A stretch of DNA of 64,000 nucleotides from Candidatus Omnitrophota bacterium (lineage in GTDB: Bacteria; Omnitrophota; Gorgyraeia; Gorgyraeales; Gorgyraeaceae), in assembly GCA_030649895.1 (NCBI GenBank), contig JAUSEX010000020.1, positions 23,109 to 87,108 of the forward strand, written 5' to 3'. A program made the position numbers and the translations under genes. How positions within the stretch are numbered: position 1 is the stretch's first letter; each line of letters opens with the position of its first letter. Below, piece by piece: positions 1-10,601 of this stretch. A model generated the notes under the pieces. It saw only the letters and a list, made by a program, of their open reading frames with translations. It did not search any database and had not been told where the DNA came from.

Positions 1-2
1 GC

Positions 3-512
3 GGAATTATTTTTTTGTCATTATGCGCTCTTAAGAATTATTACGCGAACTATTTGCCAGGGGCATTTGAAAAGCATATAGGAGTGTGCATGAAGAAGGA
101 CCAAGAAGGTGCGGCAAACTATGTTGCGAAGAATTTTCAAAAGGGGGACATCATCTTTCATGCCTGCCTCAATACTGTCCCTTCATTTGAATATTATTTT
201 AGTAAAGCAGGCAAAAGCGATTTTTCAATCAGAAAAAATTTGCTATTAAAATTTTCTAAAAAAGATAATAATTTAATGCCTTTCGAGTACAATAGCGCGC
301 TCCATAAATTTATTGATCAATCCGAGTGCATCGATCTTGAAAATAAAGAAAGAATCTGGCTGATTTTTTCAGGATGGGATTTTGAAGAGGCTAAGCAGCC
401 GTATTCTCCTGAATCAAAAATGATTCGATGGATGAATGAACATTATGCCGAGAAGGATAATAAAGAATTTTCAGGCATTATCGTATATTTATATATAAAA
501 GCAGGTCTATAA
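3..512 (+). CDS. C-terminal part of a membrane-associated protein (possibly GT39/mannosyltransferase-like), 5'-truncated by the window
   Basis: Frame is open from the window start to TAA at 512. A hydrophobic stretch is followed by a soluble domain with AANYV...GDIIF and RIWLI motifs seen at the C-termini of GT-C proteins. Sits next to polysaccharide genes. Confidence 0.45.
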   Translation, partial: GIIFLSLCALKNYYANYLPGAFEKHIGVCMKKDQEGAANYVAKNFQKGDIIFHACLNTVPSFEYYFSKAGKSDFSIRKNLLLKFSKKDNNLMPFEYNSALHKFIDQSECIDLENKERIWLIFSGWDFEEAKQPYSPESKMIRWMNEHYAEKDNKEFSGIIVYLYIKAGL

Positions 513-660
513 AAAAGTAAAACTTTTTTGAGCGCTATTCCAAAATCTTTTGGAATAGCGAAGCGAACCAGATCCTGAACGAAGTGAATTTCGCGTTAAC
601 TTGAATTGAGCGAGGAGGGGCACTCTTAATTAACCCCGAGCTTATCATAACTCAATTTTC

Positions 661-1863
661 TTAAAATGCCAGCCCCATCAATATCCACCAAAATAATCCT
701 GCTTCAGGGATAAAATAGGTATTGTCTATCAGATTGTGCAGCAGGAAAGCTATGATGGCCAGAAGTATAAATTTTTGCCCGTCTTTTTTTAACCCTTTCA
801 GAAACAGGCTGAATAGCAAAAAGGAAATCCCGGTAAATCCCAGGACCCCAGCTTCTGACCATATATGCAGGAATATATTGTGGGCGTACCTGGTGTTGGT
901 GCTCAGGCCTGTCTTGTATTTTAAAAATACTTCCTGAAAATTTCCAGGGCCTACCCCTAAGAAAGAATGATCTTTTATTATACCTATGGCGGCGCGCCAG
1001 TAATTCAGGCGCTGGGTTATGGAATTCTCGGGATTTTCCAGATTCATAAGGTATTCCCGTCGGTTTAATATGATAAAAAGTAGTATTAAAAATATGAGAA
1101 TAGAAGATATGGCGATTAGCCATCTTTGTTTTTCCAGGCGGTTATAAGAAACAGCGATTAACACGATTAGTGTTAATATAACGCTTAACCATGTACCCAT
1201 AGATTTTGTAAGCACCATGGCAGTGGCAATTAAAAAAGAAGAGATAAGCCATTTTTTATCAGATATCTTGTTTTTTACAGTCGCTAATGACAGGAAGAAC
1301 ATCATTATCAAATATCCGCCTAGAATATTCGGCGAAGGAAATGTGCCTATCGCCCGTTTTGAAAGCAGAATATCCCTGCTATAAGATGAAATTGATAAAA
1401 GATCCATGTTTGTCTTTTTTATATAGTTTAAGGTATGCTGATACCCCCAGAAATATTGATATATAGAATACAGGCTTATTATCGACGCGGTTACGACCAT
1501 GGTTTTTATAAGGATTATTTTTTGCCTGCCGTCTATTTGGGAGACTATAAAAAAGACAGAGATGTAACTCAGTAATTTCAGCGTTTCTTTGATGGAATTG
1601 TAAATATTTATGGATGTTACGGTTGAGATTACGTATGAAGCTAAAAGCAGTAAGATCGGAAATATAAGCGTATTAATTTTTAATTCGCGGAACCGTTGAG
1701 CGGAAAGAAGCAATACTGCGAGGGCGATTGATATTATAAAGCTTTCGTAATAGGTTTCGAATGCGGGGTATGCGAGCCCTGAGATAAAAGGCCTGAGAAA
1801 AATAACGGATAATAAAAGATAAAACACCGGGAACGATAAAAGTTTAGGATTTTCTTTTTCCAT
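661..1863 (-). CDS. O-antigen ligase (Wzy_C/WaaL) family membrane protein
   Basis: Many TM segments; RAIGTFPSPNILGGY, R..YW..A...I, GVGPGNF and AHNIFL motifs. Confidence 0.85.
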   Translation of the reverse strand: MEKENPKLLSFPVFYLLLSVIFLRPFISGLAYPAFETYYESFIISIALAVLLLSAQRFRELKINTLIFPILLLLASYVISTVTSINIYNSIKETLKLLSYISVFFIVSQIDGRQKIILIKTMVVTASIISLYSIYQYFWGYQHTLNYIKKTNMDLLSISSYSRDILLSKRAIGTFPSPNILGGYLIMMFFLSLATVKNKISDKKWLISSFLIATAMVLTKSMGTWLSVILTLIVLIAVSYNRLEKQRWLIAISSILIFLILLFIILNRREYLMNLENPENSITQRLNYWRAAIGIIKDHSFLGVGPGNFQEVFLKYKTGLSTNTRYAHNIFLHIWSEAGVLGFTGISFLLFSLFLKGLKKDGQKFILLAIIAFLLHNLIDNTYFIPEAGLFWWILMGLAF

Positions 1864-1871
1864 GATATAAT
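1863..1871 (+). promoter_or_regulatory. Extended -10 promoter (TGnTATAAT) of the GT2 gene, probably leaderless
   Basis: TGATATAAT at 1863-1871, ATG at 1878, no Shine-Dalgarno. Confidence 0.45.
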
Positions 1872-1877
1872 AAAAAC

Positions 1878-2810
1878 ATGATATCAGTAATTATTGTAAA
1901 TTACAACAGGAAAGATCTGTTAAGGCAATGCCTTGACTCTTTAAGAAGCCAGAGTTTTAAGGATATAGAAATTATAGTGGTGGATAATGCGTCAAAAGAC
2001 GGCAGCCTGGATATGCTGAAGGATGTTTATCCCGAGGTTAAATTGATACAAAATACGGATAACCTGCTTTTTTGCAGGGCGCAGAATCAGGGGGTAGAGG
2101 CGTCAACCGGCGATTTTATATTATGTTTGAATAACGACGTTATTCTGGACAGGGATTATTTGAAAGAGATGGTGTTCAGCGCAGGGTTAGAAGACAGGAT
2201 AGGCATGATTAGCGGCAAGATTTTAAGAACCGGCGGAAAGGTAATAGATTCTACAGGTTTATTTTTAGGCAGGAATAGAAAGGCGGTTGAAAGAGGTTAT
2301 GGTGAGATTGATAATGGGCGGTACGATAAGCCGGAATTTGTTTTTGGCGTAAGCGGATCTTGCGCGTTTTTAAGAAAAGGCATGCTGTTGGATCTGAAAG
2401 ACGAAAATGGCTATTTCGACGAAAGATTTGGGATGTATTACGAGGATCTGGATTTATGCTGGAGGGCGCAGAAAAAAGCCTGGAAAGCGTATTATAATCC
2501 GAATGCATTAGCGTATCACATGAGGGGAGGCACTGCAGCCGGCAGCAATCGCAAAACCTGGCCAGTATTTCATTATATAGGCCGGGATTTGAAAAAAAGA
2601 TATATTGTCAATAGATACAGATGCATAAGGAAAAACGATTCATTTTTAGGCTTTTTAATAAACTTGCCGTTCATATTATTTTACGAAATAAAGATGTATG
2701 GTTATTTAGCTCTTTACTTGGCCTTTGGCTTTGCTCGAACAATATTCTTCGAGCGAGCGAAGCGAGCCGAGAAGAAGAAAAATTTACTTGACCGTAATCC
2801 TTATGCATAG
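1878..2810 (+). CDS. Glycosyltransferase family 2
   Basis: ISVIIVNYN, VVDNASKDGS, LNND, YYEDLDLCWR motifs. The last ~33 codons are read through a REP-like repeat. Confidence 0.9.
   Translation: MISVIIVNYNRKDLLRQCLDSLRSQSFKDIEIIVVDNASKDGSLDMLKDVYPEVKLIQNTDNLLFCRAQNQGVEASTGDFILCLNNDVILDRDYLKEMVFSAGLEDRIGMISGKILRTGGKVIDSTGLFLGRNRKAVERGYGEIDNGRYDKPEFVFGVSGSCAFLRKGMLLDLKDENGYFDERFGMYYEDLDLCWRAQKKAWKAYYNPNALAYHMRGGTAAGSNRKTWPVFHYIGRDLKKRYIVNRYRCIRKNDSFLGFLINLPFILFYEIKMYGYLALYLAFGFARTIFFERAKRAEKKKNLLDRNPYA
2710..2773. repeat. REP-like palindromic element, family A (other copies 8465-8519, 24931-25000, 26706-26789, 40511-40600, 44083-44138)
   Basis: Shared core (C/G)TTCTCGACTYGGCC..GGCCTYGCTCGAA.AATAT..TTCGAGCGA..AGTCGAGAA. 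Confidence 0.75.
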
Positions 2811-2816
2811 TATAAT
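2788..2816 (+). promoter_or_regulatory. sigma70-type promoter of rpsO
   Basis: TTGACC-17 bp-TATAAT, then GGAGGT RBS before GTG at 2836. Confidence 0.7.
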
Positions 2817-2835
2817 TTGAAATCGGAGGTAAAAA

Positions 2836-3102
2836 GTGATAGTAAAGGAAAGAAAAAAAGAGGTAATAAAGAAGTTTGCCGAACACGAAAAAGACACTGG
2901 CTCCTGTAACGTGCAGATAGCCATACTTACGGAGAGGATCAACGGCCTTACAGACCATTTTAAGTCCCATAAAAAGGACTTTAATTCAAGGGTCGGGCTT
3001 TTACGTATGGTTGGCAAGAGAAAAAAGCTTCTAGATTATCTTAAAAAAGAAAACCCGGAAAAATATCGCGAACTCGCTGATAAGTTGAGTTTGAAAAAAT
3101 AA
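2836..3102 (+). CDS. rpsO: 30S ribosomal protein S15
   Basis: HEKDTGS..VQIAILT.RI..L..H...HKKD..SR.GLL.MVGKR..LL.YL. Confidence 0.98.
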   Translation: MIVKERKKEVIKKFAEHEKDTGSCNVQIAILTERINGLTDHFKSHKKDFNSRVGLLRMVGKRKKLLDYLKKENPEKYRELADKLSLKK

Positions 3103-3105
3103 TGG

Positions 3106-3174
3106 AAGGCGGATTTAACGACCTGTTATTTGTTTTTAGATTTCAGGAGTAAAGGTCTTTAATTCCGCTTTTTT
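3106..3174 (+). terminator. Long imperfect stem plus U-tract between rpsO and pnp (terminator and/or pnp leader stem)
   Basis: GGCGGATTTAACGACCT...AGGTCTTTAATTCCGCT followed by a T-run. Confidence 0.45.
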
Positions 3175-3299
3175 CATGATATCTGCGCAGGCTACCCGTT
3201 TCGACGAAGGCGTTGAGGCGAGGCGAAAAATCCGCTACATCAAAGCATAAGGGAATAGCGAATTTTAGTCTGCGTCTAATACAATAAAAAAGGAGACAT

Positions 3300-5381
3300 A
3301 TGATTCATAGAGTCGAAAGAAAAATAGGCAAAGAGACAATTATTATAGAAACAGGAAAGATGGCAAAACAGGCAAATAGCGCCGTGTGCGTCCGGTATGG
3401 GGGCACAGTGGTCCTGGTTACGGCTGTTTGCTCAAATGAACGAAGAGAAGGCATTGATTTCTTTCCTCTCACAGTGGAATATCAGGAAAAAACATACGCA
3501 GCGGGCAGGATCCCCGGAGGATATTTTAAGCGCGAAGGAAAACCCACTGAAAAAGAGATCTTAACCTCAAGGCTTATAGACAGGCCCATAAGGCCTCTTT
3601 TTCCGAAAGGTTTTATTAATGATGTCCAGGTTGTCGCTATGGTTCTTTCAAGCGACGGGCAAAATGATTCCGACATACTTGCGATCATAGGCGCTTCCTG
3701 CGCTTTAGCTATTTCCGATATACCTTTTATGGGGCCTATGGGAGCGGTAAGGATTGGTTTAGTGGCCGGAGAATTTGTGATCAACCCTACTTTCAAAGAA
3801 CTGGAAGAAAGTTCATTAAACATGGTTTCGGCGGGGCTTAAGGACAGGATTATAATGTTAGAGGCAGGAGCGAATCAGGTGTCGGAAGAGAAGATGCTTG
3901 AGGCGATAGAACTAAGCCAGGAATTTATAAAACTAAGCATAGAGCTTCAGGAAGAGCTTCAGAAAAAATGCGGCAAAGAGAAGATAAAGCCGGAATTGAA
4001 GCTTGTGTCCGGAGAACTGCTCGAAAAAGTAAAAAAACTTTCCCTGGAAGAGCTTAAAAAAATAAATTTGCTGCCCGCTAAAGAGCAGAGAGAAGATGCG
4101 TTCAATGTTTTAGCCAAGCAGATTGTGGAGAAAATGACTAAGGATGATGAGAATCTTAGCGAGGCTGACATTAAGAATGCGTTGCATGAAGTGGAAAAGA
4201 CCGAAGTCAGGAAGCATATTCTGGACAAAAAGATAAGGATAGACGCCAGGAAATATGAAGAAATAAGGCCGATAACCTGTGAAGTCGGGATTCTACCCAG
4301 GACTCATGGTTCAGGGCTTTTTACAAGAGGCCAGACCCAGAGTTTATCGATAACTACGCTTGGCACCAGCCAGGATGAGCAGAGGCTGGATACTCTTGAG
4401 GGCGAGAAATTCAAGAATTTTATGCTGCATTATAATTTTCCTCCTTTTAGCGTTGGAGAGGCAAGGCCGATGAGGGGCCCTGGCAGGCGCGAGATCGGGC
4501 ATGGCGCGTTAGCGGAAAGGGCGCTCAGGGCAGTTATGCCTTTAAATGCGGAATTTCCTTATACCGTAAGAATTGTTTCAGAGATACTTGAATCAAACGG
4601 TTCAAGCAGCATGGCAACTGTCTGCGCCAGCACTCTTTCCCTGATGGACGCAGGCGTCCCTATAAAAAAACCTGTTTCAGGTATAGCCATGGGCCTGGTA
4701 AAAGAAGGAAATGACGCGGCTATATTAACCGATATTGCCGGGTTAGAGGATCATTACGGGGATATGGATTTTAAAGTGACGGGAACCGACGCAGGCGTGA
4801 CTGCTTTGCAGATGGATCTTAAGATAGACGGGATAGACATGGACCTGATAAGAAGAATAATGAAACAGGCAACCCCTGCGAGGGCGTTTATTTTAAACAA
4901 GATCCTTGAAACGATAAACGCTCCCAGGACGGAACTCTCAGGGTATGCGCCCAGGATAACTACGCTGATGATAGACAAGGAAAAGATAGGCGCTTTAATA
5001 GGGCCCGGAGGCAAGATAATAAAAAAGATAATACAGGATACCGGCGCTACGATAGAAGTGGATGACGAAGGAAAGGTTTCAGTCGCTTCTGATAATGAAG
5101 AGGCTTCCAAAAAGGCGATCGATATGATAAAAGGTATTACAAGCGAGCCTGAGGTCGGGACGATTTACGAAGCTACTGTAAAAAAGATAATGAACTTCGG
5201 GGCGTTCTGCGAGATACTGCCAGGCAAAGAAGGCCTGGTGCATGTTTCCGAGCTCTCGGACAAGTTTGTTAAAAACGCAGAAGACGTTGTCAAGATCGGA
5301 GATAAAGTAAGAGTCAAGCTTATTAAAATAGATGAAATGGGCAGATTGAACCTGAGCATAAAACAGGCGATGGCCAGTTAG
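3300..5381 (+). CDS. pnp: Polyribonucleotide nucleotidyltransferase (PNPase)
   Basis: FFPLTVEYQEK, GRIPGG, RREIGHG, ESNGSSSMA, GDMDFKV, KH and S1 domains; follows rpsO. Confidence 0.98.
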   Translation: MIHRVERKIGKETIIIETGKMAKQANSAVCVRYGGTVVLVTAVCSNERREGIDFFPLTVEYQEKTYAAGRIPGGYFKREGKPTEKEILTSRLIDRPIRPLFPKGFINDVQVVAMVLSSDGQNDSDILAIIGASCALAISDIPFMGPMGAVRIGLVAGEFVINPTFKELEESSLNMVSAGLKDRIIMLEAGANQVSEEKMLEAIELSQEFIKLSIELQEELQKKCGKEKIKPELKLVSGELLEKVKKLSLEELKKINLLPAKEQREDAFNVLAKQIVEKMTKDDENLSEADIKNALHEVEKTEVRKHILDKKIRIDARKYEEIRPITCEVGILPRTHGSGLFTRGQTQSLSITTLGTSQDEQRLDTLEGEKFKNFMLHYNFPPFSVGEARPMRGPGRREIGHGALAERALRAVMPLNAEFPYTVRIVSEILESNGSSSMATVCASTLSLMDAGVPIKKPVSGIAMGLVKEGNDAAILTDIAGLEDHYGDMDFKVTGTDAGVTALQMDLKIDGIDMDLIRRIMKQATPARAFILNKILETINAPRTELSGYAPRITTLMIDKEKIGALIGPGGKIIKKIIQDTGATIEVDDEGKVSVASDNEEASKKAIDMIKGITSEPEVGTIYEATVKKIMNFGAFCEILPGKEGLVHVSELSDKFVKNAEDVVKIGDKVRVKLIKIDEMGRLNLSIKQAMAS

Positions 5382-5398
5382 TGGTAAAAATATAAGAT

Positions 5399-6148
5399 AT
5401 GGGGTTATTGCAGGCGATAATTTCAGGGGTAGTGCAGGGCGTAGCTGAGTTTTTGCCGATTTCAAGCTCAGGCCATTTAGTTATTTTACATAAATTAATG
5501 GGCCTTAAAGAGCCTGAAATGCTTTTTGATATATTTTTGCACCTCGGAACCCTGGCGGCTGTATTTATAGTATTCGGCAGGGATATAGTAGAAAGTGTGA
5601 CTACTAAAAAAAGAATAGGTTTTTTGATTTTATTAAGCAGCGCCGTAACGTTTATTATCGCCCTTATTTTTATAAAAAATATAGAAGCGGCTTTCAGCAA
5701 TACTGGAACAGTCGGCGTTATGCTTGTAGTGACAGGCGTATGGCTTATAGCTGGCAATTTTATAAGGCTGGGGACGGAAGGCATGACGGTTTTTAAGGCC
5801 AGCCTGATTGGCCTTGCTCAGGGTATAGCGGCTTTACCAGGCATATCCAGGAGCGGCGCTACTATTTCTACGGGATTATTTTTAGGGCTTGACGGTCAGG
5901 CTGCAGCAAAATTCTCATTTCTATTATCCGTTCCTGCGATAATCGGCGCGTTTTTATTTAAAGTAAAAGAATCAGGGTTTGATCTTGCCGGCATAAATGT
6001 AAATTATTTTATCGGATTCTTTATATCTTGCATTGTAGGGGTTTTGTCATTAAAATTATTGTTAAAAGTTCTTTATAAGAACAAGTTTCACTGGTTCGGG
6101 GCGTATTGCATCTTGTTGGGGATAACAGCGTTATTGTTCATAAAATAA
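5399..6148 (+). CDS. uppP: Undecaprenyl-diphosphate phosphatase
   Basis: QGVAEFLPISSSGHL and PGISRSGATI motifs. Confidence 0.95.
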   Translation: MGLLQAIISGVVQGVAEFLPISSSGHLVILHKLMGLKEPEMLFDIFLHLGTLAAVFIVFGRDIVESVTTKKRIGFLILLSSAVTFIIALIFIKNIEAAFSNTGTVGVMLVVTGVWLIAGNFIRLGTEGMTVFKASLIGLAQGIAALPGISRSGATISTGLFLGLDGQAAAKFSFLLSVPAIIGAFLFKVKESGFDLAGINVNYFIGFFISCIVGVLSLKLLLKVLYKNKFHWFGAYCILLGITALLFIK

Positions 6149-6202
6149 TAATTTCTTACCCAATTTACACTTCGTAAGTGTAAATTCAGAGGCGACTATA
6201 CA

Positions 6203-8461
6203 TTGAGCAAGGATAGAAAAGATCTCATGGTTTCAATAGGTTTGTTTGTCCTGGCGCTGTTACTATTGGCCGGGATGATTTCCTACTCGTCTTACGATAT
6301 CGGTTTCGAGACATCCACCCCTAATATACATATCCGCAATTATATAGGAATAACAGGCGCATATACTGCGTGGGCTATATTCAAGCTGATAGGCTATGCC
6401 GGATTTTTTATCCCGTTTCTCTTTATTGTATGGGGCATAGGGATTCTGGCAGAGAGGCTGACCGGAAAACTATTATACAGAATCCTTGGAATTTTATTTT
6501 TATTTTCAGCCAGTTCTGCGTTTTTCAGCTTGACGGCAAGGCCTGATTCGGTTTTGATGGTTGCAAGAGGCGGGCTTTTAGGGTATGTATTAGCGGACAG
6601 GTTTTTGCTGGATTATCTTGGGGCTATAGGCGGGTACATAGTTACGGTAAGTTTAACAATACTGGCGCTTTTAGTAGCCACAGAATTTCTAATAGTGCCT
6701 GTAATCTCTATTTTATTAATGAAAACATGGGCTATAGCGGATAAGATAGGCAGGCAAAAAAGAGAAAAAGGCGTTACCGGTCATGCAAAAACTGAAAAAT
6801 TTGTCAGTGGCCCGAGATTGAGGCCTGCTGTGAAGGTGGAAAAAGCAGCTCAAGGCTCAAGGCTCAAGGCTCAAGGGGAAGAGATAGAAGACAAAAAAGA
6901 GACCAATTCTAAGGACAGGCCGAGGATAAATATAATGTCGAAGCCTGCGGCTAAACCTAAACCCGCGCCTGCAAAAGCAGTAAAGCTTGAGCCGAGAGTC
7001 GTAGGCGATTATAAGCTTCCAAGCCTTGATTTATTGGACTCTCCCGTATTTAAGCCGGGAAGTATTTTTGGAGAAAATCTGGAAGAAAGCGCGAGAATAC
7101 TTGAAGATACGTTAAGGGATTTTGGAATAGAGTCAAAGGTCATTGATATAAGCAAGGGACCTGTTATCACAAGGTATGAGTTGCAGCCCGCGCCTGGGGT
7201 GAAAGTGAACAGAATCACTAGCCTTAACGATGACATAGCCCTTACCATGAAGGCAACCACCGTGAGGATAGTGGCGCCTATACCCGGAAAATCATGCGTC
7301 GGCATAGAAGTGCCTAACGCGGATACCTCAATGGTTTTCTTGAGGGAAATATTGGAATCCAGCGAGTTTCAGAAGATGGCGGCTTCTTCAAAGCTTGCAA
7401 TGGCTTTAGGAAAAGATATCTCAGGTAAATCTGTCGTAACGGATCTTGGAGACATGCCTCATCTTTTAATAGCGGGCACTACCGGTTCAGGAAAAACTGT
7501 TTGCGTGAATTCCTTGATAATGAGCATGGTCTATAACGCTACGCCTGAAGAATTGAAATTTTTAATGGTTGACCCTAAGATGGTGGAACTTGCTATATAT
7601 AATGGACTGCCGCATTTATTGTGCCCTGTTGTTACTGACGCTAAAAAAGTCGCAGGCGCGCTTGGGTGGGTTGTAGGCGAAATGGAAGCAAGATATAAAA
7701 TGCTGGCCAAGATAGCCGCGAGGAACATAACTTCATTTAATCAAAAATCAGAAGAAAAGCTCCCTTACATAGTTGTCATAATAGACGAATTGGCGGACCT
7801 TATGATGGTTGCCCAGGAAGATATCGAGAACGCTATTACGAGACTAGCCCAACTTTCAAGGGCGGTTGGCATTCATATGATACTCGCTACGCAAAGGCCG
7901 TCAGTGGATGTGGTAACCGGCGTAATAAAGGCGAATTTTCCTGCAAGGATCTCGTTTAAGGTTGCCTCAAAGGTTGATTCCAGGACAGTTCTTGATATGA
8001 ACGGCGCAGATAAGCTGCTGGGAAAAGGCGATATGTTATTCTTGGAACCGGGAAGCCCCAAGCCTGTAAGGGCTCAAGGCACGTATCTTACGGACCCTGA
8101 GATAGAAAAGGTCGTAAATTTTATAAAAGCCCAGCAGGAACCGGTATATGACAATGAGATACTCGAGCACCAGAAAAAAAGCGTTTCAGGAAGAGGCGGT
8201 TTTGAAAAAGATGATTTTTTTGAAGAAGCAGTGCAGATGGTGCTTGAAACAGGCCAGGCGTCTGTTTCAATGCTTCAGAGAAGATTAAGGCTTGGCTATA
8301 CGAGGGCTGCCAGGATAGTGGACGCGATGGAAGAAGAAGGCATAATAGGCCCTTTCAGAGGCTCTAAGCCCAGAGAGATATTGATACAGGAATACCAGCC
8401 AAAAGAAGAAGAGGCTGTTGCTAAAAAAGAAGAAGAAAACCAGGAACAGATATCTAGCTAA
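6203..8461 (+). CDS. ftsK: DNA translocase FtsK/SpoIIIE
   Basis: N-terminal TM domain, PHLLIAGTTGSGKT, IIDELADLM, LATQRPSVDV, gamma domain LQRRLRLGYTRAARI. Confidence 0.97.
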   Translation: MSKDRKDLMVSIGLFVLALLLLAGMISYSSYDIGFETSTPNIHIRNYIGITGAYTAWAIFKLIGYAGFFIPFLFIVWGIGILAERLTGKLLYRILGILFLFSASSAFFSLTARPDSVLMVARGGLLGYVLADRFLLDYLGAIGGYIVTVSLTILALLVATEFLIVPVISILLMKTWAIADKIGRQKREKGVTGHAKTEKFVSGPRLRPAVKVEKAAQGSRLKAQGEEIEDKKETNSKDRPRINIMSKPAAKPKPAPAKAVKLEPRVVGDYKLPSLDLLDSPVFKPGSIFGENLEESARILEDTLRDFGIESKVIDISKGPVITRYELQPAPGVKVNRITSLNDDIALTMKATTVRIVAPIPGKSCVGIEVPNADTSMVFLREILESSEFQKMAASSKLAMALGKDISGKSVVTDLGDMPHLLIAGTTGSGKTVCVNSLIMSMVYNATPEELKFLMVDPKMVELAIYNGLPHLLCPVVTDAKKVAGALGWVVGEMEARYKMLAKIAARNITSFNQKSEEKLPYIVVIIDELADLMMVAQEDIENAITRLAQLSRAVGIHMILATQRPSVDVVTGVIKANFPARISFKVASKVDSRTVLDMNGADKLLGKGDMLFLEPGSPKPVRAQGTYLTDPEIEKVVNFIKAQQEPVYDNEILEHQKKSVSGRGGFEKDDFFEEAVQMVLETGQASVSMLQRRLRLGYTRAARIVDAMEEEGIIGPFRGSKPREILIQEYQPKEEEAVAKKEEENQEQISS
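6848..6875 (+). repeat. Heptamer tandem repeat (GCTCAAG)x4 inside the ftsK linker
   Basis: gctcaaggctcaaggctcaaggctcaag. Confidence 0.85.
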
Positions 8462-8527
8462 CGCTGTTCGAGCGAATCCTTAGGCCTAGCTCAGGACAGG
8501 TTTCGACTTGCTCGAAAAATATTAATT

Positions 8528-9319
8528 ATGCCAGAGTCCTTAGGTAAGATATTAAAAAGAGCGAGAGAATCAAAACACCTTTCCCTGGAAGATGTATCCG
8601 AAAGAAGCCGCATACCGAAGCATATTGTCTCAACCATAGAGGATGACCGGCTAGGTGAAATTAAGCCTGTTTTTTATGCAAAAAGTTTTGTAAAAACATA
8701 CGCTGTTTTTTTAGGCGCCCTGAATGAACCCGGCGTAAAAGAATATCTAAGTAGAAATACGCAAGAACCGCAAAAAAAGCAGGAGATAGTCTTAAAGCCC
8801 GCCCCTAAAACCCATGGTGAAAAAATAGATTTTTCCGGCATAGCTAAGTATAAAAATCAGATGATAGCCATAATTATAGGGATATTTGCATTATGGGTGC
8901 TGTCTTTAGCTATTGGCCAGGCTGTTAAATTTGTTAAAAACAGGCCTGTAAAAAAACATGAGAAAACAACCAAGGTTAAAAAAGAGGCTTCCAAGAAAAC
9001 AGAGAAAGAGAAACCAGGGGATGCAATCGCGGTAAAAGACGTAAAAAAAGATGCCTCCGGCGGGAAATCTAGTTTTGTGGAATTGGAGATTTTCGCTTCC
9101 GATAATACATGGCTCCAGGTGACAGGCGACGGAGAAATTGTGTTTACGGGGTTGTTTAAAAAAGGCGGTAAAGATATTTGGAAGGCGAAAAAAGAAATTA
9201 AACTGGAAGCGGGCAATTCAGGCGTTGTTAAAATAAATGTAAATGGAAAACCTGCGGATTTTTCTGGTAAAAAAGGCGAAAAAAAAGAAATTATAATTAC
9301 GAAAGATGGAATAAAGTAA
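8528..9319 (+). CDS. rodZ: RodZ-like protein (HTH-TM-DUF4115)
   Basis: LG..LKRARESK.LSLEDV HTH, YAKSFVKTYA, single TM, TWLQVTGDG...GNSG. Confidence 0.85.
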   Translation: MPESLGKILKRARESKHLSLEDVSERSRIPKHIVSTIEDDRLGEIKPVFYAKSFVKTYAVFLGALNEPGVKEYLSRNTQEPQKKQEIVLKPAPKTHGEKIDFSGIAKYKNQMIAIIIGIFALWVLSLAIGQAVKFVKNRPVKKHEKTTKVKKEASKKTEKEKPGDAIAVKDVKKDASGGKSSFVELEIFASDNTWLQVTGDGEIVFTGLFKKGGKDIWKAKKEIKLEAGNSGVVKINVNGKPADFSGKKGEKKEIIITKDGIK

Positions 9320-9335
9320 TGCCCCTCCCGCCCTA

Positions 9336-10601
9336 ATGCAAAAAACAATCAGCGTTATAAGCCTTGGTTGTCCGAGAAATCTCGTAGATTCTGAAAAACT
9401 CGTGTCTAATTTTATAAAAAAGGGTTACAGGTTTCATGAGGGTATATTAAATTCTGATACTGTAATCGTGAATACGTGCGCTTTTATAGAAGACGCCAAG
9501 AGAGAGTCGATAGACAGTATTCTTAAAGTAATAGACGCCAAGAAAGCAGGCCGCGTTAAAAAGGTTATAGTGGCGGGCTGTTTATCGGAGAGATATAGAA
9601 ATGAACTGGCGGATGACTTAAGAGAGGTGGATGAGTTTAGAGGGGTCCTGAATTTCGATGAATGCGGGGGGCGGTCGCGGCCGTCTGCCGTAAGGCTTAC
9701 GCCAAGACACTATGCGTATGTCAAGATTTCAGAAGGGTGCGCCAACAGGTGCGCTTATTGCGTGATACCTTATTTAAAAGGTAACTATAAAAGCAGGGCT
9801 ATAAGGCCTATAGTTAACGAGGTAGCGCAATTAATCGATAAAGGCGCGAGAGAGATTATTTTAGTAGGCCAGGACACTTCTTTATACGGGATAGATTTGT
9901 ATGGAAAAAAGAGACTGGGAGGCCTGTTAAAAGAGTTAGTTAAGATTTCAAAAGATGCGTGGATAAGATTATTGTACCTGCATCCGGCGAATTTAGATGA
10001 AGAAATTATCAAGGTTATAAGGGATAATAAAAATATATGCAGGTATATAGATTTGCCACTTGAGCATATTAATGATAGAATATTAAATAAGATGCGCAGG
10101 AGGATAAATAAAAAGGAGATAGCGTCTCTTGTAGAGCTTATAAGAAAAGAAATACCGGGTGTAGGCATAAGGACTTCATTTATAGTAGGTTTTCCTGGAG
10201 AAACGGAAAAAGAATTCAAAGAGCTGGCGTCTTTCGTGAAAGAGAAAAAATTTGAGAGGCTCGGTGTTTTTAAATATTCAAAGGAAGAAGGCACCCCGGC
10301 CTATTCGTACAAAAACCAGATCTCAGAAAAAGACAAAGAAAGAAGATTTAACAGGTTGATGTTGGAGCAAAAGGGCGTGTCCGTAAAAATAAACGAAGGT
10401 TTGGTGGGCAAGGTGCTGAAAGTGCTTGCAGAGGAAAAAGGTAAGGATTATTATATAGGCAGGACAGAATACGATGCGCCTGAAATAGACGGACTTGTGT
10501 ATATTAAAGGCAAAGATTTGAAGATAGGGAATTTTTATAATATCAGAATAACCGATGCGTATGAATATGACCTTGTAGGTAATTATGAATCTGGCGAATA
10601 A
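9336..10601 (+). CDS. rimO: Ribosomal protein S12 methylthiotransferase RimO
   Basis: SLGCPRNLVDSE, NTCAFI, EGCANRCAYC radical-SAM motif, DAPEIDG TRAM region. Confidence 0.95.
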   Translation: MQKTISVISLGCPRNLVDSEKLVSNFIKKGYRFHEGILNSDTVIVNTCAFIEDAKRESIDSILKVIDAKKAGRVKKVIVAGCLSERYRNELADDLREVDEFRGVLNFDECGGRSRPSAVRLTPRHYAYVKISEGCANRCAYCVIPYLKGNYKSRAIRPIVNEVAQLIDKGAREIILVGQDTSLYGIDLYGKKRLGGLLKELVKISKDAWIRLLYLHPANLDEEIIKVIRDNKNICRYIDLPLEHINDRILNKMRRRINKKEIASLVELIRKEIPGVGIRTSFIVGFPGETEKEFKELASFVKEKKFERLGVFKYSKEEGTPAYSYKNQISEKDKERRFNRLMLEQKGVSVKINEGLVGKVLKVLAEEKGKDYYIGRTEYDAPEIDGLVYIKGKDLKIGNFYNIRITDAYEYDLVGNYESGE